Assembly: GCA_016840465.1 (NCBI GenBank)
Contig: JAEOSH010000018.1
Coordinates: 1-31,500 of the forward strand
Reading direction: 5' to 3'
Length of the DNA stretch: 31,500 bases
Source of the DNA: Candidatus Baldrarchaeum yapensis
GTDB taxonomy: Archaea > Asgardarchaeota > Baldrarchaeia > Baldrarchaeales > Baldrarchaeaceae
Positions 27,298-31,500 of the stretch are shown here, piece by piece. Position 1 is the stretch's first letter. Every line of letters starts with the position of its first letter. The notes below the pieces were generated by a model, which ran no database searches, had not been told where the DNA came from, and worked only from the letters and a program-made list of their open reading frames with translations. The translations under genes were made by a program, and so were the position numbers.

Positions 27298-27771
27298 CTA
27301 CTCTACCGAGCGTGATGCTGCACCGCCGAGTGTTCCTCCAAGAATTGATGCGATCACGTATATGAGGATGTTGTCCATGAGGTCGTAAAGCGTTGAAACG
27401 ATTCCGATGTATCCCGAGGGAGGAACATGTGCCCATATTATTGCGGCACAGATTATCGCTGCAATAATCGGTGAGAGAGAGCCCGCGGAGCATCCTCTGC
27501 TTGTACTTCTTGCAAGCATGCCGCCTACCACGGAACTCGCGTACCATATTATTCCTATGACCAGAGTTGTTTGAAGGTCCTCTCCCTGCAACAATAGGGT
27601 TGCTATTAGCGAGAATATGTAGCCAACATGACCGCTAGGGTTATATCCCGATATCCCATTCCTTAGGCTTACGTGTATGACGTTAGGCTCAAAATGCATT
27701 ATTACTGCTACTGTCACCATCGAAAATAAAATTATTATTGCGGAGATAAGCAGCACACGCAAAATCATCAC
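27298..27771 (-). CDS. Small membrane protein, function unknown
   Basis: 157 aa; about four hydrophobic segments; co-directional with neighbours. Confidence 0.6.
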   Translation of the reverse strand: MMILRVLLISAIIILFSMVTVAVIMHFEPNVIHVSLRNGISGYNPSGHVGYIFSLIATLLLQGEDLQTTLVIGIIWYASSVVGGMLARSTSRGCSAGSLSPIIAAIICAAIIWAHVPPSGYIGIVSTLYDLMDNILIYVIASILGGTLGGAASRSVE

Positions 27772-27774
27772 CGG

Positions 27775-28995
27775 TTAGTCGAGTAATTTAAGCGCGCGCA
27801 ATTTATCGAGTAATTCTATTAGTCTTCTGTCTCCCTTCTTTATCAATTCTGATATTATGGCAATTTTCCTGCCAGCAGTAAGGTCGACGATGTTCTGGCC
27901 GCTGAGGACGTCGGCAAGCATATCGAGGACTTCATCATCGACTTTTTCAAGTACTTTGCGCAATTTCAGCATCTTCTCGAATTCTTCGCCGTATTTTTCT
28001 CGCCATCTTCGTTCGTACTCCATAAGTGCCTGTTCACTTGTATCTCCACGACTTACACATTCAACAGCAACTTGACCTGCTATACTTCCGCAAACAATGG
28101 CGTATCCCATGCCTCCTCCGGTGATGGGGTGTACTTGACCTGCCGCGTCGCCGACGAGCATTACTCCATTTGCTACATTCTTCGGATTGGGACCGCCGAC
28201 AGGGATGGCACCGACTCTCATCTCGATGATTTTTGCATTTTTGCACTTTTTGCTTCCGATGGGATGATGCTTCAGAAAGTTGTTGAGGTACTCAAGTGCC
28301 GTCCTTTCGCCGAAGCCCGCGCCGATGCCTATTCCCACATTTGCTCTCTTTTCGTCTTTTGGAAAAATCCACACGTAACCACGAGGAGCTACCTTATTGC
28401 CAAAGTAGAACTCAAGTATCTCGGGATCATCAACCTCGACCCCTATCATTTCATATTGAACTGAAACATCGAGGTCATGCATCTTTATGTACTTCCGCAA
28501 TCCGCTTTTTCTCGCCACGACGCTATTAATGCCGTCCGCACCTATGACGATATCGGCATAAATCTCTAGGGTTTTTCCCATGTGTTTTGCTATAACCCCG
28601 CAGACACTTCCACCTTTCCATACTAGGTCTATAACTTCCGCGCCAACCATCACGTCTGCTCCTAGGTCTACTGCCCTAATAAGTAGTTCTTTATCAAATA
28701 TTCTTCTATCGACAATGAAACCATCAGCCGTTTCCTTTACATAGTCGACGTATTTACCTCCTGGGCTATATACTCTAAATCCTCTGACCTCATTCACAAT
28801 TGCCCTTTTTGGGATTTCTATTTCTGCTATGGAAGGGCCCGTCTTCCCAATAGCTTCGCCACATCTCACAGGAATTCCGACGTGTCTCTTTCTTTCCAGA
28901 ATCAGTACTTTACCTCCCATTCTTGTAGCCGAGATCGCGGCAGAGCATCCCCCGGGCCCTGCTCCTACAACCACTATTTCACTTTTTACACTCAA
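27775..28995 (-). CDS. Geranylgeranyl reductase family flavoprotein (digeranylgeranylglycerophospholipid reductase-like)
   Basis: 406 aa, TTG start; GAGPGGCSAAISATRMGGKVLILERK, PVRCGEAIG, GVMLVGDAAGQVHPITGGGMGYAI. Confidence 0.9.
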   Translation of the reverse strand: MSVKSEIVVVGAGPGGCSAAISATRMGGKVLILERKRHVGIPVRCGEAIGKTGPSIAEIEIPKRAIVNEVRGFRVYSPGGKYVDYVKETADGFIVDRRIFDKELLIRAVDLGADVMVGAEVIDLVWKGGSVCGVIAKHMGKTLEIYADIVIGADGINSVVARKSGLRKYIKMHDLDVSVQYEMIGVEVDDPEILEFYFGNKVAPRGYVWIFPKDEKRANVGIGIGAGFGERTALEYLNNFLKHHPIGSKKCKNAKIIEMRVGAIPVGGPNPKNVANGVMLVGDAAGQVHPITGGGMGYAIVCGSIAGQVAVECVSRGDTSEQALMEYERRWREKYGEEFEKMLKLRKVLEKVDDEVLDMLADVLSGQNIVDLTAGRKIAIISELIKKGDRRLIELLDKLRALKLLD

Positions 28996-29149
28996 GGGAG
29001 ATCGCCCCCACCGGACATACCTTTACACAGATGCCACAACTGTTACATTTCTCCTCTTCTACCACAATTCTGGTTTCGGTGACCCTTATTGCATTCTGAG
29101 GACAGGAGGCTGCGCACCCAAAACACAAACCGCAGAGTTCGGCATTCAC
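28979..29149 (-). CDS. 2[4Fe-4S] ferredoxin, translationally coupled to the geranylgeranyl reductase
   Basis: Not in the ORF track. From GTG 29149: MNAELCGLCFGCAASCPQNAIRVTETRIVVEEEKCNSCGICVKVCPVGAISLECKK*. Frame stays open upstream to about 29203 without ATG. Overlaps the reductase start. Confidence 0.85.
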   Translation of the reverse strand: MNAELCGLCFGCAASCPQNAIRVTETRIVVEEEKCNSCGICVKVCPVGAISLECKK

Positions 29150-29219
29150 CTTAGCGATGTCAATCGACCCCCTGAGAGAATCTGGGTCATAGTATGGGGA
29201 TGGAGTTGCAGTTTAAACT

Positions 29220-30029
29220 TTATGTTTTTCCGGATTGCACTAGGGCTATGGAAATTCTTCTTGCTATGGGCACGGCTATGAGTGTGCCGATTACTGCCTG
29301 ACCAATGTTAAACGGAACTTCGACTATTGCGATTACTTCCATCCCTAGGACTTTATAAAGCACAAAGTACTCGTAAATGAAATATCCCATTACCATTACC
29401 GTTCCGCCGAGCAATGTGGATATGATCATCGCCGTCAGGAGGGGGTCCTTCCTATAGCCAAAGTATGTTATAAGAACCCCTGCGGTCACGGCTATCCCTA
29501 CCCACACGACTTCCGTTAGGAGTATATCGAATGCAAAGAATCGAATATCGAGAATAGGAACTGGTGCATTTGAGGGGTTTATGTAAATTCCCAGGGCTAT
29601 ACTCCACAGGGAGTTGTAAAATGATACCCCTAACGTTATAATCACCGCTGCAATCGCCATCCCGACAACCGGTGAAAACCTTGCTTCCACGGCGCCTTCA
29701 GGCCTTCTAGTTAACTTTTGTATCGCCCATCCGGTGAGGTATCCCTCACAGCCCTTTATCACCAAGGTTCCAGGAGCATAAATTGCGTACCCTGTCGCCA
29801 GATCTGCGAGGGCAGAACCCACTCCACCGGCGAACGCTCCCACATACGGTCCGAAGAGCAGAGCGGAGAGGAAAACTCCTATTTCTCCAACGTTAAAGTA
29901 ACCCTTCGTTGCAACTATGGATACTTGAAAGACCACTGTCAATACAAATACGAGTGATGTCATAAGTGCTGTTATTGCAATCAGCGAACTGCGGCTTCTC
30001 TCTATTACAAATGGTATCATTGGAGTCAC
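29220..30029 (-). CDS. ECF transporter substrate-binding (S) component
   Basis: 269 aa, six-TM-like; FNVGEIGVFLSALLFGPYVGAFAGGVGSALADLATGYAIYAPGTLVIKGCEGYLTG is typical of S-components. Confidence 0.82.
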   Translation of the reverse strand: MTPMIPFVIERSRSSLIAITALMTSLVFVLTVVFQVSIVATKGYFNVGEIGVFLSALLFGPYVGAFAGGVGSALADLATGYAIYAPGTLVIKGCEGYLTGWAIQKLTRRPEGAVEARFSPVVGMAIAAVIITLGVSFYNSLWSIALGIYINPSNAPVPILDIRFFAFDILLTEVVWVGIAVTAGVLITYFGYRKDPLLTAMIISTLLGGTVMVMGYFIYEYFVLYKVLGMEVIAIVEVPFNIGQAVIGTLIAVPIARRISIALVQSGKT

Positions 30030-30856
30030 CCACCTTCGAGTATCCGTTCGATAACTTTCACACTTTCGCGAATTCCCTCGAGATCATGAACTTCAAGAAT
30101 AAATATAGCGTTCTTAACCTCATTATACATTTTGGGTATAAGCCTTTGAAACTCTATGTTTCCCCTCCCGAGAGCAAGATGCTGATCCGATGAGCCGTCG
30201 TTGTCATGTAGATGCACAACGCGTATGCGATCTCTCAGTTTTTTGAAGAACGATAAAAGATCATGGTTCCACGTGTTTGCATGTCCAACATCGTATGTAA
30301 TGAAAACGGTATTAGGCGCTACATCATCAGCTATTTCTAAAAACTCCAGGATCTCTTCGGGAGTTGTCAAGAGGTGTCTGTTCTTTGATCTCTCCTTATT
30401 TTCGATACACACTTTTGCACCAATATCATGGGCCTTTTCGGTTATTTTGATCAACGATAGAACCCCTAGCTTTTTTGCTATGTTATACCTGTGTGGGTGG
30501 TGGTCGCCATGGAGGTACCCCATATGTATGGTTACGTACTCGGCATCCAATATTCTTGCAATTTCGAGGCATCTCAAAGTTCTTCTTAGCGATGCTTCGC
30601 GGCTTATATCGTTGAAACTCGCCAAGTTTACATCTATGTAACTGGAATGGAGAAGGGGACGCATGCCAAGAGACTCGATGGTCTCTCTCAGTTTCAGGAG
30701 GTACTTTTTGTTTGGAGACTGAGGATCTAGATACGGCCACTCACATCTAATTTCGACGTATTTTAAATTCAGATGTGAGTACGTGTCTAATAACTCAAAA
30801 ATTGTCAAACCTGGATCTGTAAGAGTTGCCGCTCCAAGTTTCAACATTCCCACCAA
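30026..30856 (-). CDS. Sugar phosphate isomerase/epimerase-like TIM barrel (AP endonuclease 2 superfamily)
   Basis: 276 aa; HSSYIDVNLAS, VTIHMGY, CIENKERSKNRHLLTTPEEILEFLE, ITYDVGHAN, HLHDNDG, ILEVHDLEG. Confidence 0.88.
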   Translation of the reverse strand: MVGMLKLGAATLTDPGLTIFELLDTYSHLNLKYVEIRCEWPYLDPQSPNKKYLLKLRETIESLGMRPLLHSSYIDVNLASFNDISREASLRRTLRCLEIARILDAEYVTIHMGYLHGDHHPHRYNIAKKLGVLSLIKITEKAHDIGAKVCIENKERSKNRHLLTTPEEILEFLEIADDVAPNTVFITYDVGHANTWNHDLLSFFKKLRDRIRVVHLHDNDGSSDQHLALGRGNIEFQRLIPKMYNEVKNAIFILEVHDLEGIRESVKVIERILEGG

Positions 30857-30879
30857 AAATAATGATAAAAATGTGGAAG

Positions 30880-31500
30880 TTATGAGATATAGAACTGCTT
30901 CAGTGTTCTTCGCGTTGCGTGAGCACTTGCCCTCTTAAGGATTCTTGACATTGATTCGTACATTTTTATGTCCTCTTCGGTGAGGCTCGGCGGGACCATC
31001 TTAAGGGCCTCCTCGAAGTGCCTCATATAGACCTTCTTGGCATTAATGTCTTCCCTCAATGCACATAGCGCTGCCTCTCTGCACACAGCCTCTATGTCAG
31101 CGCCCGTGTATCCCTCGGTTATCTCTGCCAGTCTCTCTAGGTCTACATCTTCCGCTAGGGGCATATTTCTTGTGTGAACCTTAAATATCTCGTACCTACC
31201 GGTTTTGTCCGGTGGAGGTACGTACACGAGCCTATCGAACCTTCCAGGCCTCAGGAGCGCGGGGTCTAGGATATCCGGTCTGTTAGTTGCCGCCATCACG
31301 ACTACGTTCTTAAGAGGAACTATACCGTCCATTTCCGTCAGAAGTTGGTTCACTATTCTCTCGGTGACTCCGGACTCTCCGGCATAAAGCCCACGCTGAG
31401 GAGCAATTGCATCTATCTCATCGAAGAATATTATACACGGCGCTGCCTGTCTCGCCTTCTGGAATATTCTTCTAATGGCCTTTTCAGACTCCCCGACCCC
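30880..31500 (-). CDS. Second CDC48/VCP-family AAA+ ATPase, C-terminal part, truncated by the window edge
   Basis: Frame continues beyond the track start at 31353 to the edge: [59 protein letters not shown]..., then second-region motifs [20 protein letters not shown]. Confidence 0.95.
   Translation of the reverse strand, partial: GVGESEKAIRRIFQKARQAAPCIIFFDEIDAIAPQRGLYAGESGVTERIVNQLLTEMDGIVPLKNVVVMAATNRPDILDPALLRPGRFDRLVYVPPPDKTGRYEIFKVHTRNMPLAEDVDLERLAEITEGYTGADIEAVCREAALCALREDINAKKVYMRHFEEALKMVPPSLTEEDIKMYESMSRILKRASAHATRRTLKQFYIS

Noticed and set aside
28072-28464. 130-aa ORF on the plus strand
   Set aside because: Antisense to the geranylgeranyl reductase; Ser/Cys-rich shadow ORF.
1-31500. 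CRISPR array, cas genes or defence island
   Set aside because: No regularly spaced direct repeats and no cas, toxin or nuclease genes were recognised; the CARF-like domain stands alone.

Overview
This window is archaeal chromosomal DNA, densely packed with informational and housekeeping genes. It runs from an aEF-1beta/zinc-ribbon pair and CDC48/VCP, through a proteasome-alpha/SBDS/exosome (Rrp4-Rrp41-Rrp42)/L37Ae/Brix/Pcc1/prefoldin/DUF3194/DHH cluster, to an ECF transporter module, KEOPS Cgi121, a THUMP protein, a polar-lipid-type nucleotidyltransferase plus CDP-alcohol transferase, and an F420 cluster (cofE-cofD-TIM barrel-cofC). The rest carries a ferredoxin, radical SAM and GNAT proteins, XerA, an aminotransferase, an ASCH protein, a geranylgeranyl reductase with an unannotated dicluster ferredoxin, an ECF S-component and a second, edge-truncated CDC48. 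The standout is a full-length actin that reads like eukaryotic actin rather than crenactin (22521..23681, minus). It is encoded divergently from an HTH protein whose C-terminal half looks CARF-like (23849..24547). This points to an Asgard-type or closely related host. Reading intergenic DNA by eye gave three candidate non-coding RNAs on the minus strand: a 105-nt hairpin RNA with a textbook kink-turn and a TATA-like element about 25 bp upstream (26435..26539), and two candidate C/D-box sRNAs with kink-turn-compatible ends (3538..3607 and 24548..24626). No CRISPR array, rRNA or tRNA was recognised. The first ~350 nt are GC-rich and hold an unlisted open frame that looks foreign or chimeric. All homology statements come from recall of family motifs; no searches or folding programs were run.
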